DNA of 37,127 nt. It comes from Pseudomonadales bacterium. GTDB lineage: Bacteria; Pseudomonadota; Gammaproteobacteria; Pseudomonadales; UBA3067. Below are positions 9,391 to 19,623 of the stretch, piece after piece (the first letter of the stretch is position 1; each line of letters opens with the position of its first letter). The notes beneath the pieces were generated by a model. That model saw only the letters and a program-made list of their open reading frames with translations, was not told the DNA's origin and did not search any database. The position numbers and the translations under genes were made by a program. The stretch lies in NCBI GenBank assembly GCA_036802845.1, contig DAIRVL010000003.1:1-37127 (forward strand), given 5' to 3'.

Positions 9391-9744
9391 GTGCGGCTTA
9401 ATCAGACATCGAATACAGGGCTTATTTATCAGCCTCCGGTACTACGAAAAAAACAATTTCCTGCCGACGACCTTCCTTCCGGCAAGGGACGTATTGTTGT
9501 TGATAATGCGCCTGTTGTTTCTGACAGTGATGAAAAACAGAAAACCACAGCGCCATTACTGACGAAACACGCTACTGTTTCGTCCGGGCATGGTCTGGAT
9601 CTTGTTCCGATTCCCGTGTTTAAAAAACCTGAACTGAAAGATTTACCCATTCGAAGTCAGAAAGCCATTTTTGCTTACCAAAGCGCTGCAACAGCGCTAC
9701 CCTCGGCCCGTGTAGAAATTGTGGGCATTGATCTTTTTGTCTGA
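9391..9744 (+). CDS. Hypothetical protein (GTG start, no internal Met)
   Basis: 117-aa ORF with protein-like composition but a weak RBS and no recognised motif. Confidence 0.35.
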   Translation: MRLNQTSNTGLIYQPPVLRKKQFPADDLPSGKGRIVVDNAPVVSDSDEKQKTTAPLLTKHATVSSGHGLDLVPIPVFKKPELKDLPIRSQKAIFAYQSAATALPSARVEIVGIDLFV

Positions 9745-9794
9745 GTAATCAGTGGCTATATTCGTTTCTTCCGCGATTCGCACGGGGTGGAATT

Positions 9795-10619
9795 ATGTTG
9801 GAAAGTAAAACAAAAATTGCCATTCATGTGCAGTGTCTTCCTCTTTACCCACAAATTTTGTCCTGGGCAACAGAGCATGCGTTTCCAATTATTGAGAATT
9901 TATCTGATCCACTGTGTATGCAGCGTCCAGTTCTGCTGATAGACGAGTCAGGCAGATTGTCGCTGTACAGAAACGAAAACAAACAGAAAATGTGGGTGAA
10001 TGTTGATTTTAGTGGGGGGCATAATCTCTACCGTCGGCAACAGGCTACGATAAAAAATGAACTACTGGCGCGCGCAGTGGGTCTTAAATCGTCGCAAACG
10101 CAGGCACTGAAAATAGTGGATGCCACCGCGGGTTTTGGCCGTGACAGTTTATTGCTCGCCAGTTTGGGTTGTGAGGTGATGATGCTTGAGCGTTCTATGC
10201 TCATGGTGCTTCTACTTACGGATGGATTGCGACGTGCGCGTGAAAACAGTGGGTTGGTTGCCATCATGGCACGTTTGCAACTACAACATATTAATGCCAG
10301 TGATTATATTCAGCATTTGAATTTCGACGATCAGCCAAAAACGGCAACGACTGCTTTTGTGCCTGATGTTATTTATCTTGATCCTATGTTTCCTTCCAGC
10401 AAAAATAACGCGCAAGTCAAAAAAGATATGCGTATTTTACGCGAAGTGATCGGTGAAGATGTTGATGGCGAAGTGTTAGTGCAGACGGCGCTTGCCAGTG
10501 GAGTAAAACGAGTGGTCATTAAGCGGCCGCGCAAAGGAGAAACGCTGGGGCAGCGCAAGCCCGATCATCAAGTGCTGGGCCAAAGCAGTCGTTTTGACGT
10601 CTATTTTTCCAAACGTTAA
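9795..10619 (+). CDS. rsmJ: 16S rRNA (guanine1516-N2)-methyltransferase
   Basis: VDATAGFGRDSLLLASLGCEVMMLERS, VIYLDPMFP and KRVVIKRP match E. coli RsmJ (YhiQ) blocks. Confidence 0.88.
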   Translation: MLESKTKIAIHVQCLPLYPQILSWATEHAFPIIENLSDPLCMQRPVLLIDESGRLSLYRNENKQKMWVNVDFSGGHNLYRRQQATIKNELLARAVGLKSSQTQALKIVDATAGFGRDSLLLASLGCEVMMLERSMLMVLLLTDGLRRARENSGLVAIMARLQLQHINASDYIQHLNFDDQPKTATTAFVPDVIYLDPMFPSSKNNAQVKKDMRILREVIGEDVDGEVLVQTALASGVKRVVIKRPRKGETLGQRKPDHQVLGQSSRFDVYFSKR

Positions 10620-10709
10620 TATTTCACGTTACAAGGCTTTGGGCTAGTTTGAAAAAGTCTTTGCCGAAGCAGTTATACTCATCTACTCATAGTTCACTCG
10701 GAATCCATT

Positions 10710-12566
10710 GTGCGTATTCATCAGTTAACACCTCGTCTTTCCAATCAAATTGCTGCGGGCGAAGTGATTGAACGGCCATCATCCGTGGTGAAAGAGCTGC
10801 TTGAAAACAGCATTGATGCCGGTGCCACCCATATTGATATTGAGGTGGAACAAGCAGGCATTAAGCTGATAAAAGTACGTGATAATGCCAGTGGCATCCA
10901 TAAAGACGATCTGGCTTTGGCGCTCAGCCGGCATGCCACCAGTAAAATCAGCGTGATTGAAGATCTGGAAGGTATTAGCAGTCTGGGCTTTCGGGGCGAA
11001 GCGCTGGCCAGCATAAGTTCCGTGTCGCGCTTGAAATTAAGTTCCAGTCAGGATGATTCCGGTCAGGGCTGGGTCGTGAGTGTTGAAGGTAAAGACATGG
11101 CGGCCGACATTTCACCGGTGGCTCACGGCAAAGGCACCACTGTTGAAATGCGGGATCTTTTTTTTAATACGCCCGCACGTCGTAAATTCCTTCGCGCCGA
11201 AAAAACCGAATTCACGCATATTGATGAATCCGTAAAACGTCTGGCACTGAGTCATTTTGATATTGCGTTTACGCTGCGCCATAACCAGCGCATGGTGTTT
11301 AATCTTAAAGCGGCCACAACAAAACTCGAAAAAGAACGTCGTCTGGCGGCTATTTGTGGTAATGATTTTATTCAGAATGTTTTTGCTATTGATCTGCAGC
11401 AAGGCGGGATGCGTCTGTCTGGCTGGATTGGTGACCCTACGTACTCAAAAAGTCAGGCCATTCACCAGTATTTTTATGTCAATGGACGGATGGTGCGCGA
11501 TAAAGTGGTGACGCATGCGGTAAAACAGGCGTATCAGGATGTGCTCTACCAAAGTAGGCACCCGGTCTATATTTTATATCTTGAGCTGGACCCTCAGGCT
11601 GTGGATGTGAATGTTCATCCAACCAAACACGAGGTACGTTTCCGGGAGTCACGTCAGGTTCATGATCTTATTTTTCGTGGCTTGTATCGCGCCATTGCCG
11701 ATTTACGTCCAGCTGAGTTGCCTGACACGCCCGTGAGTGAAACCCGGCCAGAAGAATCGGAAATCAACAGCATTGAACCGAGTCAGGTTTTGCTTGGATT
11801 AAGCGATGTGAAGCCAGTATTGAATGACCCGTCTCGCAAAATCGGGTACGAATCAGCTTGGCTTTCGCCGCTTATGTCTGTCAGTGAGCAACAACGTAGC
11901 TATGCCTTATTGCGTTCTGCTGTGCCCAATGAAAATACACCGACATCACCTGGACAAGAATCCAGTTCAGAACAAAACGAGATGCCGCCTTTGGGTTATG
12001 CACTGGCGCAATTACAGGGCATTTATATTCTCGCGCAAAACAAGGAGGGTTTGGTCATTGTTGATATGCATGCGGCACATGAGCGTATTAGCTATGAACG
12101 CTTGAAAAAAAGTTACCAGACGCAGGGCATTGTGAGTCAACCGCTCTTGGTGCCCATCACACTTTCTTTAAGCCAAAAAGAAATAGGAGCGGTTGAGGAG
12201 CATCAGGGTGTTTTTGCTTCCCTTGGCTTAAAAATCGACATCATGGGCAGTGAGCTTGTTGTGATTCGTGACGTGCCTGCCTTGCTGCGAGACAGTAATA
12301 TTGAACTGCTGCTAAGGGATATTCTGGCTGATTTATTAACCCATGGTTCCTCGACTCGTACCGAAGAGCTCATTAACGAATTATTGGCCACCATGGCCTG
12401 CCGGAGTGCGGTCCGAGCCAATCGGCACTTGTCATTAATGGAAATGAATGCCTTGCTGCGCGAAATGGAACGCACTGAGCGTATAGGGCAATGTAATCAT
12501 GGGCGCCCTACGTGGGTGTTCAAAACAATGGTTGAGCTGGATAAATGGTTTTTGAGAGGACAATAG
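10710..12566 (+). CDS. mutL: DNA mismatch repair protein MutL
   Basis: GTG start. The N-terminus LSNQIAAGEVIERPSSVVKELLENSIDAGA is a GHKL ATPase. The C-terminal dimerisation region has the QCNHGRPT motif. Confidence 0.96.
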   Translation: MRIHQLTPRLSNQIAAGEVIERPSSVVKELLENSIDAGATHIDIEVEQAGIKLIKVRDNASGIHKDDLALALSRHATSKISVIEDLEGISSLGFRGEALASISSVSRLKLSSSQDDSGQGWVVSVEGKDMAADISPVAHGKGTTVEMRDLFFNTPARRKFLRAEKTEFTHIDESVKRLALSHFDIAFTLRHNQRMVFNLKAATTKLEKERRLAAICGNDFIQNVFAIDLQQGGMRLSGWIGDPTYSKSQAIHQYFYVNGRMVRDKVVTHAVKQAYQDVLYQSRHPVYILYLELDPQAVDVNVHPTKHEVRFRESRQVHDLIFRGLYRAIADLRPAELPDTPVSETRPEESEINSIEPSQVLLGLSDVKPVLNDPSRKIGYESAWLSPLMSVSEQQRSYALLRSAVPNENTPTSPGQESSSEQNEMPPLGYALAQLQGIYILAQNKEGLVIVDMHAAHERISYERLKKSYQTQGIVSQPLLVPITLSLSQKEIGAVEEHQGVFASLGLKIDIMGSELVVIRDVPALLRDSNIELLLRDILADLLTHGSSTRTEELINELLATMACRSAVRANRHLSLMEMNALLREMERTERIGQCNHGRPTWVFKTMVELDKWFLRGQ

Positions 12567-13555
12567 TGGCGCATTCGAATCATTGTCAGTATGTTTTTCC
12601 TGATTCGGATAAACCACCTGTTATCTGTTTAATGGGTGCTACGGCCACAGGCAAAACCGCATTAGCCATGCAGTTGGTCAGACAATTACCGTGTGAAATT
12701 ATCAGCGTAGATTCGGCGTTAGTGTACCGTGGTCTGAATATCGGCAGTGCCAAACCCTGTCAGCAGGAGTTAGACGAAGCGCCGCATCGATTGATTGATA
12801 TTCGTGAGCCCAATGAGCCTTACTCGGCAGCGGATTTTTGTCATGACGCTCTGGAGGCAATTGCTGATATTCATGCACAAGGTAACGTGCCTTTATTGGT
12901 AGGTGGCACCATGCTTTATTTTAAGGCGCTGCTGGATGGCTTGTCAGAATTGCCGCCTGCAAATGCTCAAATCAGAGCACGCTTATTAATAGAAGCAAAA
13001 GAACAGGGTGGGGCGTCATTACATCGACGTTTGTCGCTTATTGATCCTACTGCCGCAACACGCATACATGAAAATGATACGCAACGATTACAGCGCGCTT
13101 TAGAGGTTTATGAGTTAACAGGAAAAACACTGACAGAGCTTCAGTTGCATGAACATGCACTCACAGCGGGGCTCTCTTTCCGGGACAGATTTAATGTACG
13201 CTCCATTGCATTGATGCCACATGATCGTACTAAACTGCATGAGCGCATTGCGCAACGATTCCATCAGATGCTGGCTAATGGTTTGCTTGAAGAAGTAAAA
13301 GCACTTTACGATAGCGAAAAAAATACCGTTGAATTACCCGCGATGCGCTCAGTGGGTTACCGTCAGGTCTGGAGTTATCTTTGTGGCGAGCTAAGCTATG
13401 AAGCGATGGTGGAAAAGGGTATTATTGCCACTCGCCGGCTTGCAAAACATCAGCTTACCTGGTTACGTAGTTGGGAAGGTTTGTCTTGCTTCGAAGGAGA
13501 CGAAGACAATTTACTTGCACGTGTCGTGGAATTATTGCCGATTCAGGCTCGCTAG
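12545..13555 (+). CDS. miaA: tRNA dimethylallyltransferase
   Basis: P-loop LMGATATGKTALA, plus SVDSALVYRGLNIGSAKP and LLVGGTMLYFKALLDG. The start is ambiguous. ATG 12545 overlaps mutL by 22 nt. GTG 12566 follows GAGAGGA by 5 nt and shares one base with the mutL TAG. Confidence 0.93.
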   Translation: MVFERTIVAHSNHCQYVFPDSDKPPVICLMGATATGKTALAMQLVRQLPCEIISVDSALVYRGLNIGSAKPCQQELDEAPHRLIDIREPNEPYSAADFCHDALEAIADIHAQGNVPLLVGGTMLYFKALLDGLSELPPANAQIRARLLIEAKEQGGASLHRRLSLIDPTAATRIHENDTQRLQRALEVYELTGKTLTELQLHEHALTAGLSFRDRFNVRSIALMPHDRTKLHERIAQRFHQMLANGLLEEVKALYDSEKNTVELPAMRSVGYRQVWSYLCGELSYEAMVEKGIIATRRLAKHQLTWLRSWEGLSCFEGDEDNLLARVVELLPIQAR

Positions 13556-13676
13556 CGTGCCCGGCATGCCATCCGTATTCGATTAAAACATCAATTTGTT
13601 TAAAATCAGCATAAATAGGCTATTATTACAAACCAAATTTTTTTGACCAATTAGAGTTATTTTACAGGAGCAACTC

Positions 13677-13937
13677 ATGTCTAAAGGGCAATGTCTTCAG
13701 GACCCCTTTTTGAACGCACTCAGAAAAGAGCGCATACCGGTTTCAATTTTTCTTGTGAACGGAATTAAATTACAAGGCCAGGTTGAATCGTTTGACCAGT
13801 ACGTTATTTTATTACGTAACACGGTTAATCAGATGGTGTATAAACACGCCATATCCACAGTCGTGCCCGCCAGAAACCCGCGCAATATTCAGGAACAGGA
13901 CGAGGGTGATGATCACTACGAAGAAGATGCGGAATAA
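13677..13937 (+). CDS. hfq: RNA chaperone Hfq
   Basis: [40 protein letters not shown]...[10 protein letters not shown] is canonical. The C-terminal tail is acidic. AGGAG lies 6 nt upstream. Confidence 0.98.
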   Translation: MSKGQCLQDPFLNALRKERIPVSIFLVNGIKLQGQVESFDQYVILLRNTVNQMVYKHAISTVVPARNPRNIQEQDEGDDHYEEDAE

Positions 13938-13998
13938 TTTTTCGAACGTGATAAAACAAATAAATCTGGAAATTAATCAATGTTTGCGAGGTTGATCG

Positions 13999-15294
13999 TT
14001 GTTTTTTGATCGACCTCAAACAGGTGAGCAGGCGCTGCTTGTTCACCTTGTGATTCATTATCGATCTCTAGAAGAAGATTCTAATGAGTTTGAACTGCTT
14101 ACGTTGTCTGCCGGGGTTCATCCTGCGCTCACTCTGACTGTCACAATTAATAACCCTAATCCGAAGTATTTTCTGGGCTCAGGAAAAGTCGACGAAATTG
14201 CACAACTTATCCAGGAACACGCCATTGAAGTTGCACTTTTTAATTGTGCACTATCACCTACGCAGGAACGTAATCTCGAATCTGCACTTAAATGCCGCGT
14301 TATCGACAGAACAACGCTAATTCTCGATATTTTTGCACAACGTGCCCGAACAGCTGAAGGTAAGCTTCAGGTGGAGCTGGCGCAGCTTAAACACATGTCT
14401 ACACGACTGGTCAGAGGGTGGACGCACCTGCAAAAACAAAAAGGCGGCATAGGATTACGAGGCCCCGGTGAGACACAATTAGAAACAGACAGGCGTCTGA
14501 TTCGGCAGCGCATCAAATCGCTGCAATTGCGTCTGGAAAAAGTGCGCAGCCAAAGACAGCAAAGTCGCAAAGCAAGAGAAAAAGCCGAAATTCCCACGAT
14601 CGCTTTGGTAGGTTATACCAATGCGGGTAAGTCAACCCTGTTTAACTGGCTGACTGAATCAGATACCTACACCGAAAATTTGTTGTTTGCTACCCTCGAC
14701 CCTACCTTACGCAAACAAACGCTGCCGTATTTGGGGCCCGTTGTTTTTGTTGATACCGTGGGTTTTATCCGGAATTTGCCCCATCAGCTTGTCGATGCCT
14801 TTCGTGCAACGTTAGAAGAAACCGAAAAAGCCGATTTACTTGTGCACGTTGTCGACTTGGCCAGTCATCATCGTGATGAGGATATGGCAGAGGTCGAAAC
14901 TGTGTTAAGCGAGTTGGATGTTGACGAAATTCCACGACTGCTCGCCTACAATAAAATTGATCTTATACAAGCGACGCCGAGAATTGATTTTGATGAGTCT
15001 GGTAAACCCTGGCGTGTCTGGCTGTCATCGAAAGAACAAATGGGTAAAGATGAGTTATTCACGGCTATTTCAGTTTTATTATCTGCAGATCGCGTGATAT
15101 GCGAAATTACCATTGCGCCCTCTATGGGGCAATTGCGAGCACTGTTATATCAACACAATGCAGTCATGGGCGAGCATACATTGTCTGAGGGTATGCGCAA
15201 GCTGGAGGTTAATATAGCAAACAAAGACTGGAGTCAAATACTCAGTAAAACCAATCTATCCGAAGATCAACTTGATATTGTTATCCACAAGTAA
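13999..15294 (+). CDS. hflX: GTPase HflX
   Basis: TTG start, with GAGG 7 nt upstream. The N-terminus FFDRPQTGEQALLVHL parallels E. coli MFDRYDAGEQAVLVHI. The G1 motif is GYTNAGKST and G3 is DTVGF. Confidence 0.95.
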   Translation: MFFDRPQTGEQALLVHLVIHYRSLEEDSNEFELLTLSAGVHPALTLTVTINNPNPKYFLGSGKVDEIAQLIQEHAIEVALFNCALSPTQERNLESALKCRVIDRTTLILDIFAQRARTAEGKLQVELAQLKHMSTRLVRGWTHLQKQKGGIGLRGPGETQLETDRRLIRQRIKSLQLRLEKVRSQRQQSRKAREKAEIPTIALVGYTNAGKSTLFNWLTESDTYTENLLFATLDPTLRKQTLPYLGPVVFVDTVGFIRNLPHQLVDAFRATLEETEKADLLVHVVDLASHHRDEDMAEVETVLSELDVDEIPRLLAYNKIDLIQATPRIDFDESGKPWRVWLSSKEQMGKDELFTAISVLLSADRVICEITIAPSMGQLRALLYQHNAVMGEHTLSEGMRKLEVNIANKDWSQILSKTNLSEDQLDIVIHK

Positions 15295-15416
15295 GCAAGG
15301 GTGGTAAACACAAGGCCAAACTGGTATAACGGCGCCTTATGTTTTACATTGACGCAGATATATTAAAGAACAACTGGAGATACAAATGGCGAGGAATCAA
15401 CCTGCCGGGGGTAAGC

Positions 15417-16559
15417 ATGAGCAAAAATGACAGAGACCCGTGGGGCGGAAAACAAGATAATCAAACTCCGCCTGATCTTGATGAAGTCATTAAAAAGTTA
15501 CAAGACAAGTTGGCTAATGTCTTTGGTAACGGATCAGGCTCCGGATCAGGAAACGCTGACGGTAATTCGATGAAGCTGATCGGTGGTATTGCGTTACTGT
15601 CACTGCTGGCGTGGTTTGTGTTTGGTTTTTATCAGGTGAGTCAAGGCGAAGAAGGTGTTGTCCTGCGTTTTGGCTCATACAGCAATTCCGTGGGCCCAGG
15701 CTTGCACTGGAACCCGCCGTTAATTGATCGGGTCTACAAAGTTAATATCGAGCGCATTGAGTCGATGAACTTACGTGCAGACATGCTGACACTAGACGAA
15801 AACATCGTTGAAGTGGCTTTGGTTGTTCAATACCGCATCGGCAGTGCAAAAGATTATATTCTCGAAATCAGCAATCCCGAGGCGGGTTTGCATAACGCCA
15901 CTGAAAGCGCCTTGCGCCATGTGGTTGGCAGTACCATCATGTCCGATGTTATCACCGAAGGCCGTGAAGTGATGGGGCAGCAAGTACAAAAAATGCTGCA
16001 GGATATACTCAATCGTTATCATGCCGGTATAGACATACGCAAAGTAAGTATCCAGGATTCTGATCCGCCTAAAGCGGTTAAAGCGTCGTTTGATGACGTT
16101 ATCAAGGCCAAAGAAGATAAAGAACGGCTGAAGAATGAAGCTGAAAGTTATGCAAACAGCATCATTCCGGAAGCGCGCGGTTTTGCTCAACGCGAAATGG
16201 AAGAAGCCAGCGCTTACCGTGATGAAATTATTGCGCGCGCCGAAGGTCAGAGTAATCGTTTTTTACGTGTATTGGATGAATACAAAAAAGCCCCTGAAGT
16301 CACTCGTCAACGTTTGTATCTGGAAACGATGGAAGATATTTTCACCAAGACCTCAAAAATCATGATCGATGTCGAGGGAGGAAATAATATGATTTATCTG
16401 CCTCTGGATAAAATCATGAATAATTCAGCAAAAAACGAATCAACACCTGCTTATGTATCGCCGGACACTGATGCCGCTCAAAGCACATCGTTGCAGGAGC
16501 AACAGATCACCGACCGTGTACGAGCAGCTCAAGATATTCGCAGAAGGGAATTACGCTAA
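15417..16559 (+). CDS. hflK: FtsH modulator HflK
   Basis: MSKNDRDPWGG...PPDLDEVIKKL parallels the E. coli HflK N-terminus. It has one TM span plus an SPFH domain. The track start at 15339 is an upstream extension. Confidence 0.93.
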   Translation: MSKNDRDPWGGKQDNQTPPDLDEVIKKLQDKLANVFGNGSGSGSGNADGNSMKLIGGIALLSLLAWFVFGFYQVSQGEEGVVLRFGSYSNSVGPGLHWNPPLIDRVYKVNIERIESMNLRADMLTLDENIVEVALVVQYRIGSAKDYILEISNPEAGLHNATESALRHVVGSTIMSDVITEGREVMGQQVQKMLQDILNRYHAGIDIRKVSIQDSDPPKAVKASFDDVIKAKEDKERLKNEAESYANSIIPEARGFAQREMEEASAYRDEIIARAEGQSNRFLRVLDEYKKAPEVTRQRLYLETMEDIFTKTSKIMIDVEGGNNMIYLPLDKIMNNSAKNESTPAYVSPDTDAAQSTSLQEQQITDRVRAAQDIRRRELR

Positions 16560-17429
16560 ATGAATCCAAAATCTGTTGTTATTTTAATAGCCTTAGGCTT
16601 TGGTCTTTTGATATTTTCATCCTCCGTTTATGTTATTCAGGAAGTGGAGCGAGGGGTAAAGCTTCGTTTTAAAGAAGTGATCGATGATGATTTAAAGCCG
16701 GGACTGGCGTTTAAGGTTCCCTTTATTGATCAAATTGTGAAATTCGATGCGCGAGTGCAGGTACTGGATGCGCCACCTGAAGAGTACTTGACGCAGGAGA
16801 AAAAACGTTTATTGGTTGACTCCTATATCACGTGGAAAATTGAAAATGTCAAAAAATACTACACCTCTACCGGCGGGGGTAATGTGCGAAACGCAGCGCT
16901 ACTTCTTGCGCCCCGAATTGCCAATGGTTTGCGGGACAAATTCGGCAAGAGAACGGTGCACGAAGTTGTTTCTGGTGAGCGTGAAGAGGTTATGGTTGAG
17001 TTAACGGAGCAAATCAACAAGCTGACCGTTGATGAAATGGGTATCAAAATTATTGATATCCGTTTAAAGAAAATCGAGTTGCCATCGGTTGCCAGTGAGG
17101 CCGTTTATGCGCGTATGCGTGCCGAGCGTGCACGTGAAGCAAGAGAGTATCGCTCAACGGGTAAAGAACTTGCTGAAGGGATACGGGCCGATGCAGACCG
17201 ACAAGAACGGGTTTTGCGTGCTGAAGCCTATCGTGATGCAGAAAAAATTCGTGGTGAAGGTGATGCGCTTGCATCGTCGATTTATGCCAAAGCGTATTCA
17301 ACAAGCCCTGAATTTTACAGCTTCTACAGAAGTCTGGACGCGTATAAAACTTCATTCAGAAATACCAATGATCTGATTGTATTAAAACCTGACAGTGAAT
17401 TTTTTCATTACCTGAAAAGCAGTAAATAA
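16560..17429 (+). CDS. hflC: FtsH modulator HflC
   Basis: The ATG immediately follows the hflK TAA. It has an N-terminal TM span, an SPFH domain and an R/E-rich coiled segment. Confidence 0.93.
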   Translation: MNPKSVVILIALGFGLLIFSSSVYVIQEVERGVKLRFKEVIDDDLKPGLAFKVPFIDQIVKFDARVQVLDAPPEEYLTQEKKRLLVDSYITWKIENVKKYYTSTGGGNVRNAALLLAPRIANGLRDKFGKRTVHEVVSGEREEVMVELTEQINKLTVDEMGIKIIDIRLKKIELPSVASEAVYARMRAERAREAREYRSTGKELAEGIRADADRQERVLRAEAYRDAEKIRGEGDALASSIYAKAYSTSPEFYSFYRSLDAYKTSFRNTNDLIVLKPDSEFFHYLKSSK

Positions 17430-17450
17430 CAGCTTTTTAAATAACAGTCT

Positions 17451-17480
17451 CAGCAAAGGAAGTTTTTTCTTCCTTTGCTG
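17451..17480. terminator. Perfect 12-bp hairpin between convergent hflC and the OMP gene
   Basis: CAGCAAAGGAAG-TTTTTT-CTTCCTTTGCTG. There is no strong U-tract on either side, so its terminator function is inferred from position. Confidence 0.5.
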
Positions 17481-17489
17481 GGTTAATTT

Positions 17490-18041
17490 CTAGAATTGAT
17501 AACGTGCACCCAAACTGTATTGCGAAATACGAATTTCATCATCATAGGGGCGGCTGTAGTCTAAATAAAAAATAACGTTCTTTAATTGGCTCATTTGCTC
17601 TTCAAATCCCATACCCCAGGCGCTGGATTCAAGCCTTGAATCACGCTTCATAAAACCATTTCCAGCTGTTTGTGTAAGCGTTAGCTCGTTATAGCCACCA
17701 TACAAATAGACTCTCACGCCTTGTTCAATCGGTGATTGGAAACGTAAAAACAAACCCGTCTGATCAGTCAGCGAAATTTCCCGACTGTTGTCCATTTTGT
17801 CAGAATGAATATTGCCACCTAGCTGAAGTTCCAGCGCAATATTGGTTTGCAGGAAAATGCCCGCACGCAGTTTGGCAGAAAGGGGATTATATTCATGGCT
17901 ATGATCCGAGATTCTGTTATAGAGACTTTCCAGGCCTGCATACGTCGCCAAAGGCGGGGCATTGGAAAGCTCATCGGCGTGTACCTGAAGCGGAAGCAGA
18001 TGGCACAGTAAAGCGGAGCTCATAATGATGGTTTTCTTCAA
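17490..18041 (-). CDS. Small outer-membrane beta-barrel protein (OmpA-beta/OmpX-like porin family)
   Basis: 183 aa. The signal peptide ends ...LQVHA-DE. Hydrophobic residues alternate in strand-like segments. The C-terminus is aromatic (...LGARYQF). Confidence 0.7.
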   Translation of the reverse strand: MKKTIIMSSALLCHLLPLQVHADELSNAPPLATYAGLESLYNRISDHSHEYNPLSAKLRAGIFLQTNIALELQLGGNIHSDKMDNSREISLTDQTGLFLRFQSPIEQGVRVYLYGGYNELTLTQTAGNGFMKRDSRLESSAWGMGFEEQMSQLKNVIFYLDYSRPYDDEIRISQYSLGARYQF

Positions 18042-18212
18042 AAGCGTAGCCTCATAAATAAGGGGGTAATTTGAAAAAAGAACGCATGGTTCTGATCAGT
18101 CTCGTTTTGGCAGCATGACTAGCGTAACGAATGAGATCCAAAAAGGAAATGAGAATCTATTTGATAAAAATAAAATCAAGTGAGTTGAATTTTTTATTTT
18201 TTAGGAAAAAAC

Positions 18213-19370
18213 TCAACGTGATCGTAAGTAGTTTGTGACGGTATTTGTACTTTGCATGCAAGGACGTTCAATAAAACGAAATGTGAGAAAACTGATCGAA
18301 ATTAGAATTGGAGAAAGACCAATTATCAGCATCCAATGCATTAATGGAGAAAGATTTTTTGCGTTAGTTGTCCCTACGATAAAAGTGAAGACCACAAACA
18401 AAATAATTCCGTGGAGTAAATAGATGCTATACGCTAACTCACCCAGAGAGCGTGAAATAGGGCTGATCAGAATGCCAAATAAAGTGTTTCCAGCTGCAAT
18501 TAGAGTAAATGCTAATGACAGAAGAAGGAGGGGTAGTGTTTCATATGCGGAAGGAAATATGGCAACAGCAATGCTAATGCAAGCAAACACTAGAAGTGAG
18601 GCAATACCTTTAACGGAAAATTGACGAAATGCATTTATCCTAACTAGGAAAGATGAGGCTATACCACCAAGAAATGGAAGTAGGTGTTGAATTTGTAGCG
18701 GCCATATTGGCAGACTTGCAATACAGACAAGACTGAGAATTAGGTATGGAAGTGATGGTTTAAGCCCCAATGCAAGCGCAAAGAGCGGGAGTAAGAAATA
18801 AAAAAACCATTCATAGGGTAAGGACCACGTAACCCCTGCCACGATAGTCGAGGTACGGCTTATTCCATTCAGATCTGGCGCACCAAGTATTGTGAAACCA
18901 ACCCAACGTATGACACCCTTTATTAACTTTAGAAATGGCTCATTGAGTGTGCTGTTGGAGAGCAGGGTGACAATAAGGAAGAGCAAAAGCATTACCAACA
19001 GGTACAGTGGTACTAAACGTAAAAATCTTGAGATGAACAGTTTTTCCCAATCAATACCTCTTTTTCTTCCATCAATAAGTTTTGAAAAAAACAAGAATGC
19101 GGTGATCATAAAAAAAAGCGCAACGCTACTTTGTCCAAAATGCGTATATAGGTTCGATGGTGGAACTTTCCATTGATCTGTTCGTAACCAGAAGTACCAA
19201 ATGGCTGAATGATGAAGAAATACGAAAAACGCGAGGTAACCACGCAGGCCATCAATTGAAGCGAAGCGTCCTTGAGCAGACGGAGTGCCAACACGCTTAG
19301 TAATAAAGTGAATTGTCATACTTGCTGTGAACAGTGCAGCAAGAGCTGGTAAAGAACTCACTGGATCCAT
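18213..19370 (-). CDS. Integral-membrane acyltransferase, acyltransferase-3 (OafA/Lag-1-like) family
   Basis: 385 aa and polytopic. Signature blocks are SIDGLRGYLAFFVFLHHS, SSVALFFMITAFLFF and FLRLVPLYLL. Hand-counted 60-nt lines give about 30-43% G+C, clearly below neighbouring genes. Confidence 0.85.
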   Translation of the reverse strand: MDPVSSLPALAALFTASMTIHFITKRVGTPSAQGRFASIDGLRGYLAFFVFLHHSAIWYFWLRTDQWKVPPSNLYTHFGQSSVALFFMITAFLFFSKLIDGRKRGIDWEKLFISRFLRLVPLYLLVMLLLFLIVTLLSNSTLNEPFLKLIKGVIRWVGFTILGAPDLNGISRTSTIVAGVTWSLPYEWFFYFLLPLFALALGLKPSLPYLILSLVCIASLPIWPLQIQHLLPFLGGIASSFLVRINAFRQFSVKGIASLLVFACISIAVAIFPSAYETLPLLLLSLAFTLIAAGNTLFGILISPISRSLGELAYSIYLLHGIILFVVFTFIVGTTNAKNLSPLMHWMLIIGLSPILISISFLTFRFIERPCMQSTNTVTNYLRSR

Positions 19371-19561
19371 AGATTTGCCCTACCGCCTGCCGAACGATTT
19401 TTTTAGATTGCTTCTAAATTTATAGGGCGTGAGTTTACCTTTATTTGAGTTCGTTGTCCTCGGCTCACTTTGTTGGGCTTATCAAAGTGCTATGACGGCT
19501 GATGTTCACCACCAACATAAAATACCGGAAATTTAAAATAGATTAGTTGTGGCGATAACCA

Positions 19562-19588
19562 TAAAAATGGGGAGACTGATGCCTCCCC
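19562..19588 (-). terminator. Rho-independent terminator after the PhoX-like gene
   Basis: On the minus strand: GGGGAG-GCATCAGT-CTCCCC followed by ATTTTTAT, about 36 nt past the stop. Confidence 0.7.
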
Positions 19589-19623
19589 TTGAGTCTGACT
19601 ATCAGCGTACTGTCCGGATAAGA

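Noticed and set aside
15281-15289. Perfect DnaA box TTATCCACA
   Set aside because: It is a single copy inside the 3' end of hflX, with no cluster, AT-rich unwinding element or GATC array. This is consistent with chance.
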